Source: the human T2T-CHM13v2.0 reference genome, Homo sapiens | Assembly (NCBI RefSeq): GCF_009914755.1 | Contig: NC_060925.1 | Length of the DNA: 64,000 nt | Direction: 5' to 3' (one strand) | Made by a program: the position numbers and the translations under genes | Notes under the pieces: model-generated | The model's input: only the letters and a program-made list of their open reading frames with translations | What the model was told of the DNA's origin: nothing | The model's database searches: none | Shown here: in pieces, positions 1 through 16,285 of the stretch | How positions within the stretch are numbered: position 1 is the stretch's first letter | Layout: every line of letters begins with the position of its first letter

Positions 1-92
1 TCCAAAACCCCTTGCCTTTTGTTTAAACTTCACACATCTCTGAGACCAAAAGCAGACCTAAGCTGAAAACAGGATTCCCCCAACTCACAGAC

Positions 93-203
93 CTTGTCTG
101 AGTCTCAGCTGCACTTTCCTTGGGTACAGAGAGCTCCTTCACTCCCTCCCTCCACTGCGCCCTGGAGCTCAACAGAGTGCAGCTTTCTCCAAAAACGCTC
201 CTG
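93..203 (-). other. ITLN1: ITLN1 exon 1 (5' UTR, non-coding)
   Basis: Reverse complement AGGAGCGTTTTTGGAGAAAGCTGCAC...GAGACTCAGACAAG matches the recalled ITLN1 mRNA 5' end and is followed by a GT donor at 92-91. Paralogue ITLN2 exons lie 60 kb away on the same strand. Confidence 0.85.
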
Positions 204-365
204 ATGTGGAATGAGGTGCAGAAAGCTTTATGGAGGAAGCCCAGTGGGGCCAACCAAGGTTTCCAGCCTCACCCTCCCCTGGCACAATGCCCAGTGCAGG
301 GGAGGCTTCTGGTTATCTCGGGGAGGTTATTTATACAGTGGAATTAACAGGTTCTAAAGAAAAAA
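204..365 (-). promoter_or_regulatory. ITLN1 proximal promoter
   Basis: CATAAA (232-227) about 25-29 nt upstream of exon 1, AGATAA GATA motif (318-313), and TTC-N4-GAA STAT6-type motif TTCTAAAGAA (352-361). Confidence 0.6.
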
Positions 366-532
366 CCAATCCTAAGAATCACCTGCTAGCGTTGTTCCTG
401 GATCTGGGGGTTTCATGGACCTGTGTCAAGTAGGAAGTAGACGAAGAGATTAACAAGAGTTGGTGTTGGTTTTGGGTTTTTGTGCCTTTCTTTCTTGCAA
501 AATAAAAACTTTCTCTAAATTAAGCATCTGTT

Positions 533-812
533 GGCTTGGCACATTGGCTCAAATCCCAATACTTTGGGAGGCCAAGGCAGAAGGATCACTTGAACTCAGG
601 AGTTTGAGACCAGCCTGGGCAACATAGGGCAACCTCTTCTCTACTAAAAATAAAAGTAAAAAAATTAGCATGGCATGGTGGTACTTGCCTATAGTTTCAG
701 GTGGGGCTGAGGCAAGGCAAAAGGGTAACTTAAGTCCCAGAGATAGAGGATTCAGTGAAATATGACCGTGCCACTGTACTTCAGCTTAGGTATCTCAAAA
801 TAAATAAATAAA
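533..812 (+). mobile_element. Old Alu (AluJ-like)
   Basis: Diverged dimeric Alu with (TAAA)n tail. Confidence 0.85.
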
Positions 813-1550
813 TGAAATTAATCATTGGCCATAATTATCAATTCATAGAAATAGAAAAAGGAAATTTTAACAAAATGGGAAAGTGATCATTTCTGAATAA
901 ATTGGTAAAAAGGAATGGAGGGGAAAGAGATACAAAACACACAAAAAAATACGAATAGAAAAGTTTTAAAAAATATATAAATCTTTAGTTTGAATAATTT
1001 AGTTTCACACAAAGACTCACTACTTTGTCTTTAATTTTGTCATTTTGCCACAAATGAGGGAAAATTTACTACAGGATTCATTTGAAACTGAATCAATACG
1101 AAACCTCTCTGCTGCTTCGAACCTCCTGTCTTATTCCTGCTCCTATGTCATGAAGTTCTCAAATGCTACCCTGCAGCTGTAATAGAATTACTCAGTTCTT
1201 CCCCAGTGATATCATACATTTAATACATAATGTCATTATAGCATTAATAATACTGCAACCTTTTCTTACAAAGATTGTGAATATCTTTTTTGTTAAGCTA
1301 ATATTTCCTATTTGTTGTTTCAAAGTACTGATTTGCAAAAAATACTCACATATTGATAGAAGAAAATAAAATAGCACCCAAGAAGAAAAACTGCAAAAAA
1401 AAGTTATACTTTTGTAAATTTAAAATCTATTAGAAGCTATTTGCTCTGTGTATCTGGAAAATAATTAATTAAATAAAATTAAATGTATTAGAAACTAAAT
1501 TAACTCATCAGTATAGGTAACAAAATGAACATACCCAGCTTTCATATTTA

Positions 1551-1902
<352 letters not shown>

Positions 1903-2473
1903 TCACAATAGTAAATACATGTATATAAAGTTAACACCAAGGGCCCAAGATCTAGAGAAAAAAATTAAACATCCCCTCAGTTGTTCATTACTGTGTGTAA
2001 CTAACCACCTGAAAACTTTATGGCTTAATAAAACAGTAACATATTTGCAAAAATAAAAAAAGAAAATATACACTTATACTACTTTCTTTAGTTGATTCTA
2101 AGACACTTTTTTTGTATTTTGACATCTTTAATATCATTATGCATCTCATCCTTAATGGTACATGATGCCATCTAATAGACTGGGAAAACAGTACATCCAT
2201 TTTAGGGACATTACCCCTTCTAACCATCATCATCCAATCAGTGATTGCGTCCCATTGATTCTACCCCTACTTCCTCTTGAATCTGTTCCCCACACAACTT
2301 CCTCCAAACCCCACTGCCCTGGACATTTATTTAGTTCAGTCTGGTTCCTTGTAGCTGTAACTAATAGAAACCCCATCTCAAAGTGGCTTTTCTAAAAAGT
2401 AAATCTATTACCTCATGAAATAGAAAATCGAGAGAGAGGGCAAGATCCAGGCTTGCTTGACAGCAGCTTCTCT

Positions 2474-3202
2474 TTATTTTATTTATTTATTTATGTTGAG
2501 ACAGGGTCTCACTCTGTTGCCCAGGCTGGATGGAGTGCAGTGACACAATCTCAGCTTACTGCAGCCTCAACCTTCCAGGCTCAGGTGATCCTCCCACCTC
2601 AGCCTCCCAAGCACCTGGGAATACAGGCACACACCACCACACCCTGCTAACTTTTGTATTTTTGGTAGAAACGAGTTCTCACCATGTTGGCCAGGCTGGT
2701 CTCGAACTCCTAGGCACAAACAATCCTGCCTCAGCCTCCCAAAGTGCTGAGAGTATAGGTACGTATGTGACAGTATAGATGTGCATGAAGATAGAAGAGT
2801 GTGGAAGAAAGCCCCTCACCACCAACTCACTCCAGCCCCACATCTACATCTCCAGTGACTTGGAGAAGGTTTGTTGTAAAATTACACATACAGAGAAAGA
2901 TATAAAACATTAAATGTGCAGTTTAATAAATTACAAGAAAGGCAAATACCTGTGTAATTATCATCCTAGCTAAGAAATGAAACTTTAGCAGCACCCAGAA
3001 GCTTCCCATATGCTGCTTCCAGATAACAGACCTCTCCCTTCCCAAAGGTAATTACTGGCCTGACTGTGATGGAAATCAGCACTTCCTTGTGCCCATACCA
3101 CATTGTTCCAAATATTTTAGATTGATAAAATGTCTTGATATCCAGTAGAGCAAGGCTTCTCACTTTGCTCTTCTTTTTTGGTTATTCTTGGTCGTTTACC
3201 TC

Positions 3203-3250
<48 letters not shown>

Positions 3251-5301
3251 CACACACCCTTTAGGATTTTATTGGAATTACATTGAATCTATAGATCATT
3301 TAGAAATAATTTACATCTTTAAAATATTGAGTGTGGCCTGTTTCTTCATTTATTTGTGTTTTTATTGCTTTTTCGTATCTTATAGCTTCCTTATAGGGAT
3401 TTTGTGTATGATTTGCTATTTGTTCCTTAGTATTTGACTTTTTTTTTCTTTTTTTAGACAGGGTCTCACTCTGTCACCCAGGCAAGTGATTCTCCCACCT
3501 CAGCCTCCTAAGTAGCTGAGAACACAGGTAAATATCACCACGGCCAACTAATTGTTTTATTTTTTGTAGAGATGGGATCTCACTATGTTGCCCAAGCTGG
3601 TCTCAAACTCCTGGGCTCAAGCAATCCTCACACCCTTGGCCTTCCAAAGTGTTGGGATTACAGGCGTGAGCCACCATGCTGGCAGTGTTTGACATTTTTG
3701 ATGCTATTATAAATGCCATATTTTTGAAATTTTATTTTCTAATTGTTTGATGCTTATATATAGAAATACAACTGATTTCACAAATATATATATATTTGTG
3801 AGATATATATATATTTGTGAGATATATATATATCTCAATGACAGCACAGGAAAGACAAAGTATCAAAATAAATATAAATTTTCAGCTTGAATAAATTTAG
3901 TTTTATGAAAAATAATATTTTTTCTTACTTTTCTCATTTTGCTACAAACCAATGAAAACACTCTTTTGGTGGGGGGTCATTCTAGAGTAGCACTGGCCCC
4001 CAGACTACATTTTGGAATCACTGATCCAGGACAAACTTCCTCTGATGCTTCAATACCTGCTTTGCCATTTCTGTCCCAGTGTCACTCCTCAATTTCCTGA
4101 GCATAAATGTCACTCATGCCTCTTCTCCCTCAACAATGGGATGGATCACTTCCTGCCCGGTGTTGCCACATCCCTTATGCCCATTATTATCTTAACACAA
4201 TAACATGACCTTTTCACTGTTTACATGTTTCTCACAGCAGTTCTTAAGAAAAGGTTTATGAGGCACCATATTTGTTAAGCTAATACTTTATTTGTGGAGA
4301 GAAAATATTGAACTATATATTTTCAGATATATTAACAAAAGGAAATAGACTGTATCTAGGTCCAAGACAAATATTCGATTTTTTTTTTTTTTTTTTGAGA
4401 CATGGTCTTGCTCTGTCACCCAGGCTGGGGTGCAGTGGTACAATCATGGCTAATTGCAGCCTTGACCTCCTGGGCTCAAGCGATACTCCCACCTCTGCCT
4501 CCTGAGTAGCTGAGACTACAGGCACATGCCACCACACCCAGATAATTTTCTAATTTTTTTTAGAGATGGGGTCTCACTATGTTCCCCAGGCTGGTCTCTA
4601 ACTCCTGGGCTCAAGTGATTCTCCCACCTCATTCTCCCAAAGTGCTGGGATTATAGGTGTGAACCACTGTGCCCAGTCCAAATAAAATTTATGCTTCTTA
4701 TAAAACTATGTCTAACACTTTCATATCTCTGATATTGAGTGCATCCTTCATTCAATGGCATATCATAGTTTGTATTTCATCTTGAGTGGTACGTAAAACA
4801 ATGGTGCATTTTATACCTTAGATTTGGTGAAAAAATGCTAGCTCTGACATTAGCATAGAGTTGGTACTCTGAAATGAGAACTCCCTGCAAGCCCATAGGC
4901 TTGAGCTCCAATCCAAGATCATGTACTAGACATGTGACATTGGGCAAACCACTTCATCCCTCTGGACTTCAGTTTTCATGCAGTAAAATGTGAATAACAA
5001 GGCCAGGTGCGGTCGCTCATGTCTGTAATCCCAGCACTTTGGGAGGCGAAGGCAGGCAAGTCACTTGAGGTCAGGAGTTCGAGACCAGCCTGGCCAACAT
5101 GGTGAAACCCCATCTCTACCAAATAATATAAAAAGCAGGTGGCTGTGGTGGTGCGCAACTGTAATTCCAGCTACTTGGGAGGCTGAGGCAGGAGAATTGC
5201 TTGAACCCAGGAAGTGGAGGTTAGAGTGAGCTGAGATCTCGCCACTGTGATCCAGCCTGGACAATGCAGCAAGATTCCATCTCAAAAAATAAAAATAAAA
5301 A
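2474..5301. mobile_element. Four Alus (2474-2760 -, 3439-3683 -, 4379-4678 -, 5001-5301 +) with old L1M-like fragments between
   Basis: Alu consensus motifs and A/T tails. The L1M assignment is tentative. Confidence 0.8.
3205..3257. repeat. (CA)n microsatellite
   Basis: Direct read. Confidence 0.95.
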
Positions 5302-5789
5302 TGTGAGTAACGAGCTCTACCTCACAGGACTGTTGTGAGGAGTGAAATGACAAGAGCAAAATGAGAATGTACATGAATATGTGAAAGGTGTGATTATCAT
5401 TAAGAAAGATTATCTCAAAAACCTGGATTTCTCTTTACTACCACTGCCATCAGCAGCTCACCTCAGCTGGGAAGCCCCAAACTCAATCAACAGGTGTGTA
5501 TAGCACCCATATTTTATTCTTCATGGATTTTTTACTTTCCTATTTGGCCTGTGCAAAAGCCCCCTTGCTTTACATAAGCCCTTCTGCTACATACTAAGGT
5601 ATACTTACACACTGCATTGCTTATGTGAGGATTCAGAAGATATTTATTGAAAGACAGAATGATAAAATGTTTACAACTCCAAGAATAGACCTGAAGTGGA
5701 CCTATAACCAGGGTCTGCTAGAGATTAAATGATTAAATGAAAGTGTTTGGTATTCTAGGAGACTGCTAGAACCAAATTTAAAAAACAAA

Positions 5790-7567
5790 ATCCCAACATG
5801 CTTTCATGTTAAAAGCCCTCAACAAACTAGGCATTGAAGGAACATACCTCAAAATAATAACAGCCATATATGACAAACCCACAGCCAACATCATATGGAA
5901 TGGGCAAAAGCTGGAAGCATTCCCCTTGACAACCAGAACAAGACAAGGATGCCCACTCCCACCACTCCTATTCCACATAGTGCTGGAAGTCATAGCCAGA
6001 GCAATCAGGCAAGACAAAGAAGTAAAAGGCATCCAAATAGGAAAAGAGGAAGTCAAACTGTCTCTGTTTGCAAACAATATAATTCTATACCTAGAAAACC
6101 CCACAGTCTCTGCCCAAAATCTCCTAGATCTCATAAGCAACTCCAGCAAGGTTTCAAGATTCAAAATAAATGTACAAAAATCAGTAACATTTCTATACAC
6201 CAACAACGTCCAGGCTAACTGCCAAATCAAGAATGCAATCCCATTCACAATTACCACAAAAAGAATAAAATATCTAAGAATATAACCAACCAGGGAGGTG
6301 AAAGATTTCTACAATGAGAATTACAAAGCACTGCTTAAAGAAATCAGAGACAATAAAAAACAAATGGAAAAACATTCCATGCTCATGGATAGGAAGAATC
6401 AATATTGTTAAAATGGCCATACTGCCCAGAGCAATTTACACAATCATTGCTATTCTTATCAAACTACTGATGACATTCTTGGCTGGGTGCAGTGGCTCAC
6501 GTCTGTAATCACAGGACATTGGGAGGCTGAGGTGGGCAGATCACTTGAGGTCAGAATACAAAATACAAAAATACAAAACTCAGCTGGGTGTGGTGGCCCA
6601 TGCCTGTAATCCCAGCTACTCAAGAGACTGGGGTAGGAGGATTGCTTGAGCCCAGGAGGTGGAGTTTGGGACCAGCCTGGGCAACATGATAAAACCCTGT
6701 CTCTACTCAAAATACAAAACTTAGCCGGCTGTGGTGGCACATGCCTGTAATCTCAGCTACTCAGGTAGGAGGATCACTTGAGCCCAGAAGGTGGAGGTTG
6801 CAGTGAGCCAAGATAACACCACTGCACTCCAGCCTGGGTGACAGAGGGAGATTCTGTCTCAAAGAAATTAATTAGTTTAATTTAATTTAATTCATATGGA
6901 ATGAAAAAAGAGCCCAAATAGCCAAAGCAATCCTAAGCAAAAAGAACAAAGCTGGAGGCATCACATTACCAGACTTCAAACTATAGTGAAATGCTACAGT
7001 AACTAAAACAGCCGGGTACTGGTACAAAAACAGACACATAGACAAATGAAACAGAATAGAAAGCCCAGAAATAAAGCCACACACCTACAACCATCTAATC
7101 TTTGACAAAGTTGGCAAAAAACAGCAAAGGGTAAAGGACTCCTTATTCAATAAATGGTGCTGGGACAACTTGATAGCCATATGCAAAAGATTAAAACTGG
7201 ATCCCTTTCTCACACCATATAAAAAATCAACTAAAGACAGATCAACTAAAGATTAAATGTAAAACCCAAAACTATAAAACCCTAGAAAAAAGCCTAGGAA
7301 ATACCATTCTAGACATAGGTCCTGGCAAAGATTTCATGATGAAGACACCAAAACCAGTTGCAACAAAAACAAAAACTGACAAATGGGATCTAATTACGGT
7401 ATTTAATAAAGAGCTTCTGCACAGCAAGAGAAACTATCAACAGAGTACACAGACAACCCACAGATATTTGCAAGCTATGTATCTGACAAAGGTCTAATAG
7501 CCAGAATCTATAAGGGACTTAAAAAATTTTACAAGAAGAAAACAACCCCATCAAAAAGTGGGCAAGG
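5790..7567 (+). mobile_element. 5'-truncated older L1 (L1PA15/16-like), left part; composite Alu inserted at 6481-6865
   Basis: ORF2 RT-region peptide ([21 protein letters not shown]). The sequence resumes seamlessly at 15422 after the nested L1. Confidence 0.85.
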
Positions 7568-8583
7568 TGTGGGAGTCACCAAGATAGCTGAATAGGAACA
7601 CCTCCAGTCTACAGCTCCCAGTGTGAGTGAAGCAGAAGATCGGTGATTTCTGCATTTCCAACTGAGGTACCGGGTTCATCTCACTAGGGCTTGTCGGACA
7701 GTGGGTGCAGCCCATGGAGCAGGGTGGAGCATTGCCTCACCCAGAAAGTGCAAGGGGTAGGGGATTTCCCTTTCCTAGCCAAGGGAAGCTGTGACAGACG
7801 GTACCTGGAAAATCGGGACACCACCATCCTAATACTGCACTTTTCCAACGGTCTTAGCAAACGGCATACCAGGAGATTATATCCCATGCCTGGCTTGGAG
7901 GGTCCCACACCCACGGAGCCTTGCTCACTGCTAGCATAGCAGTCTGAGATCGAACTGCAAGGCCACAGTGAGGCTAGGGGAGGGGCGTCCACCACTGCTG
8001 AGGCTTGAGTAGGTAAACAAAGCAGCCTGGAAGATCGAACTGGGTGGAGCCCACTGCAGCTCAAGGAGGCCTGCCTGCCTCCGTAGACTCCACCTCTGGG
8101 GACAGGGCATAGCTGAACAAAAGGCAGCAGAAAAGGCAGCAGAAACTTCTGCAGACTTAAACGTCCCTATCTGACAGCTTTAAAGAGAGTAGTGGTTCTC
8201 CCAGCATGGAGTTTGAGATCTGAGAACGGACAGACTGACTCCTCAAGTGGGTCCCTGACCCCCAAGTAGACTAACTGGAAGACACCCCCCCAGTAGGGGC
8301 CGACTGACACTTCAAACAGACAGGTGCCCCTCTGAGATGAAGCTTCCAGAGGAAGGATCAGGCAGCAACATTTGCTGTTCTGCAATATTTGCTGTTATGC
8401 AGCCTCTGCTGGCAATACCTAGGCAAACAGGGTCTGAAGTGGACCTCCAGCAAACTCCAACAGACCTGCAGCTGTGAGTCCTGACTGTTAGAAGGAAAAC
8501 TAACAAACAGAAAGGACATCCACACCAAAACCCCATCTGTACATCACCATCATCAAAGACCAAAGGTAGATAAAACCACAAAG

Positions 8584-9510
8584 ATGGGGAGAAACCAGAG
8601 CAGAAAAGCTGAAAATTCTAAAAATCACAGCACCTCTTCTCCTCCAAAGGACCACAGCTCCTTGCCAGCAACAGAACAAAGCTGGATGGAGAATGGCTTT
8701 CATGACTTGAGAGAAGAAGGCTTCAGAAGATCAGTAATAACAAACATTTCCAAGCTAAAGGAGGATGTTCAAACCCATTGCAAAGAAGCTAAAAACCTTG
8801 AAAAAAGATTAGATGAATGGCTAACTACAATAAATAGTGTAGAGAAGACCTTAAATTACCTGATGGAGCTGAAAACCAACCAAGAAGACAAGTTTAGAGA
8901 AAAAAGAGTAAAAAGAAATGAACAAAGCCTCCAAGAAATATGGGACTATGTGAAGAGACCAAATCTACATCTGATTGGTGCACCTGAAAGTGACAGGGAG
9001 AATGGAACCAAGTTGGAAAACACTCTTCAGGATATTATCCAGGAGAACTTCCCCAACCTAGCAAGGCAGGCCAACATTCAAATTCAGGAAATACAGAGAA
9101 CACCACAAAGATACTCTTCAAGAAGAGTAACTCCAAGACACATAATTGTCAGATTCACCAAAGTTGAAATGAAGGAAAAGATGTTAAGGGCAGCTATAGA
9201 GAAAGGTTGTGTTACCCGCAAAGGGAAACCCATCAAACTAACAGCAGATCTCTCAGCAGAAACTCTACAAGCCAGAAGAGAGTGGGGGTCAATATTCAAC
9301 ATTCTTAAAGAAGAGAATTTTCAACCCACAATTTCATATCCAGCCAAACTAAGCTTCATAAGTGAAGGAGAAATAAAATCCTTTACAGACAAGCAAATGC
9401 TGAGAGATTTTGTCACCACCAGGCCTGCCTTACAAGAGCTCCTGAAGGAAGCACTAACCATGGAAAGGAACAAACGGTACCAGGCACTGCAAAAACATGC
9501 CAAATTGTAA
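8584..9510 (+). CDS. L1 ORF1p reading frame, open but with ~30-codon in-frame deletion
   Basis: 308 aa ORF with REKRVKRNEQSLQEIWDY and YPAKLS motifs; canonical length is 338 aa. Expression unknown. Confidence 0.7.
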   Translation: MGRNQSRKAENSKNHSTSSPPKDHSSLPATEQSWMENGFHDLREEGFRRSVITNISKLKEDVQTHCKEAKNLEKRLDEWLTTINSVEKTLNYLMELKTNQEDKFREKRVKRNEQSLQEIWDYVKRPNLHLIGAPESDRENGTKLENTLQDIIQENFPNLARQANIQIQEIQRTPQRYSSRRVTPRHIIVRFTKVEMKEKMLRAAIEKGCVTRKGKPIKLTADLSAETLQARREWGSIFNILKEENFQPTISYPAKLSFISEGEIKSFTDKQMLRDFVTTRPALQELLKEALTMERNKRYQALQKHAKL

Positions 9511-9901
9511 AGACCAGCGATGCTAGGAAGAAACTGCATCAACTAATGAGCAAAATAACGAGCTAACATCATAACGACAGGATCAAATTCACACATAACA
9601 ATATTAACCTTAAATGTAAATGGGTTAAATTTTCCAATTAAAAGACACAGACTGGCAAATTGGATAAAGAGTCAAGACCTATCAGTGTGCTGTATTCAGG
9701 AGACCCATCTCACATGCAGAGACACACATAGGCTCAAAATAAAGGGATGGAGGAAGATCTACCAAGCAAATGGAAAACAAAAAAAGGCAGGGGTTGCAAT
9801 CCTAGTCTCTGATAAAACAGACTTTAAGCCAACAAAGATCAAAAGAGACAAAGAAGGCCATTACATAATGGTAATGGGATCAACTCAACAAGAAGAGCTA
9901 A

Positions 9902-11599
<1,698 letters not shown>

Positions 11600-12756
11600 A
11601 AATACATATGCACCCAATACAGGAGCACCCAGATTCATAAAGCAAGCACTTAGGGACCTACAAAGAGACTTAGACTCCCACACAATAATATTGGGAGACT
11701 TTAACACCCCACTGTCAACATTAGACAGATCAACGAGACAGAAAGTTAACAAGGATATCGAGGAATTGAACTCAGCTCTGCACCAAGTGGACCTAATAGA
11801 CATCTACAGAACTCTCCACCCCAAATCAACAGAATATACATTCTTCTCAGCACCACATCACACTTATTCCAAAATGGACCACATAGTTGGAAGTGAAGCA
11901 CTCCTCAGCAAATGTAAAAGAACAGAAATTATAACAAACTGTCTCTCAGACCACAGTGCAATCAAACTAGAACTCAGGATTAAGAAACTCACTCAAAACT
12001 GCTCAACTACATGGGAAATGAACAACCTGCTCCTGAATGACTACTGGGTACATAATAAAATTGAAGGCAGAAATGAAGATGTTCTTTGAAACCAATAAGA
12101 AAAAAGACACAACATACCAGAATCTCTGGGACACATTTAAAACAATGTGTGGAAGGAAATGTATAGCACTAAATGCCCACAAGAGAAAGCAGGAAAGATC
12201 TAAAATTGACACCCTAACATCACAATTAAAAGAACTAGAGAAGCAAGAGCAAACAAATTCAAAAGCTAGCAGAAGGCAAGAAATAACTAAGATCAGAGCA
12301 GAACTGAAGGAGATAGAGACACAAAAAACCCTTCAAAAAATCAATGAATCCAGGAGCTGGTTTTTTGAAAAGATCAACAAAATTGATAGACCACTAGCAA
12401 GACTAATAAAGAAGAAAAGAGAGAAGAATCAAATAGATGCAACAAAAAATGATAAAGGGGATATCACCACCGATCCCACAGAAATACAAAATACCATCTG
12501 AGAATACTATAAACACCTCTATGCAAATAAACTAGAAAATCTAGAAGAAACAGATAAATTCCTGGACACATACACCCTCCCAAGACTAAACCAGGAAGAA
12601 GTTGAATCTCTGAATAGACCAATAACAAGCTGTGAAATTGAGGCAATAATTAATAGCCTACAAACCAAAAAAACTCCAGGACAAGATGGATTCACAGCCA
12701 AATTCTACCAGAGGTACAAAGAGAAGCTGGTACCATTCCTTCTGAAACTATTCTAA

Positions 12757-12912
<156 letters not shown>

Positions 12913-13133
12913 TGAATCTAGCAGCACATCAAAAAGCTTATCCACCACAATCAAGTCGGCTTCATCCTTGGGATGCAAGGCAGGTTAAACATATGCAAAT
13001 CAATAAATGTAATCCATCATATAAACAGAACCAAAGACAAAAACCACATGATTATCTCAGTAGATGCAGAAAAGGCCTTTGACAAAATTCAACAGCCCTT
13101 CATCCTAAAAACTCTTAATAAACTAGGTATTGA

Positions 13134-13526
<393 letters not shown>

Positions 13527-13533
13527 TGAGTGA

Positions 13534-13815
<282 letters not shown>

Positions 13816-15312
13816 TAAAAAAGAGTCCGCATTCCCAAGACAATCCTAAGCCAAAAGAATAAAGCTGGAGACATCACACTACTTGACTTCAAACTGCACT
13901 ACAAGGCTACAGTAACCAAAACAGCATGGTACTTGTACCAAAACAGAGATATAGACCAATGGAACAGAACAGAGCCCTCAGAAATAATATCCCAAAACTA
14001 CAACCATCTGATCTTTGACAAAGCTGACAAAAACAAGAAATGGGGAAATGATTTCTTATTTAAGAAATGGTGCTGGTAAAACTGGCTAGCCATATGTAGA
14101 AAGCTGAAACTGGATCCCTTCCTTACAACTTATACAAAAATTAATTTAAGATGGATTAAAGACTTTAATGTTAGACCTAAAACCATAAAAACCCTAGCAG
14201 AAAATCTAGGCAATACCATTCAGGACATAGGCATGAGCAAGGACTTAATGACCAAAACACCAAAAGCAATGGCAACAAAAGCCAAAATTGACAAATGGGA
14301 TCTAATTAAACTAAAGAACTTCTGCACAGCAAAAGAAACTACCACCAGAGTGAACAGGCAACCTACAGAATGGGAGAAAATTTTTACAATCTACCCATCT
14401 GACAAAGGGCTAATATCCAGAATCTACAAAGAACTTAAACAAATTTACAAAAAAAATCAAACAACCTCATTGAAAACTGGGCTAAGGATATGAACAGACA
14501 CTTCTCAAAAGAAGACATTTATGCAGCCAACAGACACATGAAAAAATGCTCATCATCACTGGCCATAAGAGTAATGCAAATCAAAACTACAATGAGATAA
14601 CATCTCACACCAGTTAGAATGGCGATCATTAAAAAGTCAGGAAACAACAGGTGCTGGAGAGGATGTGGAGAAATAGGAACGCTTTTACACTGTTGGTGGG
14701 ACTGTAAACTAGTTCAACCATTGTGGAAGACAGTGTGGCGGTTCCTCAAAGATCTAGAACTAGAAATACCGTTTGACCCCGCCATCCCATTACTGGGTAT
14801 ATACCCAAAGGACTATAAATCATGCTGCTATAAAGACACATGCACACGTATGCTTATTGCGGCACTATTCACAATAGCAAAGACTTGGAACCAACCCAAA
14901 TGTCCATCAATGATAGACTGGATTAAGAAAATGTGGCACATGTACACCATGAAATACTATGCAGCCTTAAAAAAGGATGAGTTCATGTCCTTTGTAGGGA
15001 CATGGATGAAGCTGGAAACCATCATTCTGAGCAAACTGTCGCAAGGACAGAAAACCAAACACCACATGTCCTCACTCATAGGCGGGAATTGAACAATAAG
15101 AACACTTGGACACAGGGTGGTGAACATCTCACACTGGGACCTGTCATGGGGTGGAGGGAGGTGAGAGGGATAGCATTAGGAGAAATACCTAATGTAAATG
15201 ACGAGTTAATGGGTGCAGCACACCAACATGGCACATGTTTACATATGTAACAAACCTGCACGTTGTGCACATGTACCCTGGAACTTAAAGTATAATAAAA
15301 AAAAAACAAAAC

Positions 15313-15421
15313 AGAAACTTGGGGTGGGGTTGAAGGTAGTGACTTGATATTTACTGAGCTATACTGGAATTCAAATGTAGTTCTTCTCTTTCAAAGAATA
15401 AAATCTCTCTTAACTTCAAAA
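15313..15421 (+). other. L1 3'-transduced sequence
   Basis: About 105 bp of non-L1 DNA after the L1 A tail, with its own AATAAA (15397-15402) and a second A tail, located inside the TSDs. Confidence 0.85.
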
Positions 15422-16285
15422 AAAAAGTGGGCAAGGATATAAACAGGCACTTTTCAAAAGAAGACATACATGTGGCCAACAAACATATGAAAAAATGCTC
15501 AATATCACTAATCACTAAAGAAATGCAAATCAAAACCACAATGAGATACCATCTCACACCAGTCAGAATGGCTATTACTAAGAAGTCAAAAAATAATAGA
15601 TATGGTTGAGGTTGTGGAGAAAAGCGAATGCTTATACGCTGCTGGTGGCAATGTAAATAAGTTCAGCCACTGTGAAAAGCAATTTGGCAATTTCTCAAAG
15701 AACTTAAAACAGAACTACCATTCAACCCAGCAATTCTATTATTGGGTACATGCCCAAAGGAAAATCAATGGTACTACTAAAGACACATGCACACGTATGT
15801 TCATTGCAGCACTATTCACAATAGCAAAGACATAGAATTAACCTAAATGCCCATCAACAGTAGACTGGATAAAGAAAATGTGGCCCATACATACCATGGA
15901 ATACTATGCAGCCCATAAAAAGGAACAAGATCATGTCCTTTGCAGCAACATAGATGGAACTGGAGGTCATTGTCCTAAGCAAACTAACACTGGAACAGAA
16001 AACCAAATACCACATTTTCTCACTTATAAATGGGAGCTAAATATTAAGCACACATGGACACAAAGAAGGGAAAAACAGACACCACGGCCTACTGGAGGGT
16101 GGAGGGTGGAGGGTGGGAGAAGGGTGAGGATCAAAAAACTACCTATCCGGTACTATACTTATTACCTGGGTAACAAAATAATCTGTACACCAAACCCCCA
16201 CAACATGCAATTTACCTACACGTGAAATCTGCACATGTACCCCTGAATCTAAAATAAAAATTAAAAATAAAATAAAAAATAAAAC
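15422..16285 (+). mobile_element. Older L1 (L1PA15/16-like), right part with 3' UTR
   Basis: ORF2 C-terminus ([19 protein letters not shown]), G-rich 3' UTR and A tail. Confidence 0.85.

Noticed and set aside
1081-1260. Possible snoRNA in the duplicated block
   Set aside because: No convincing C/D or H/ACA boxes with terminal stems.
3778-3836. Palindrome TCACAAAT(AT)nATTTGTGA with tandem copy
   Set aside because: Explained by slippage or fold-back at a TA microsatellite; no sign of function.
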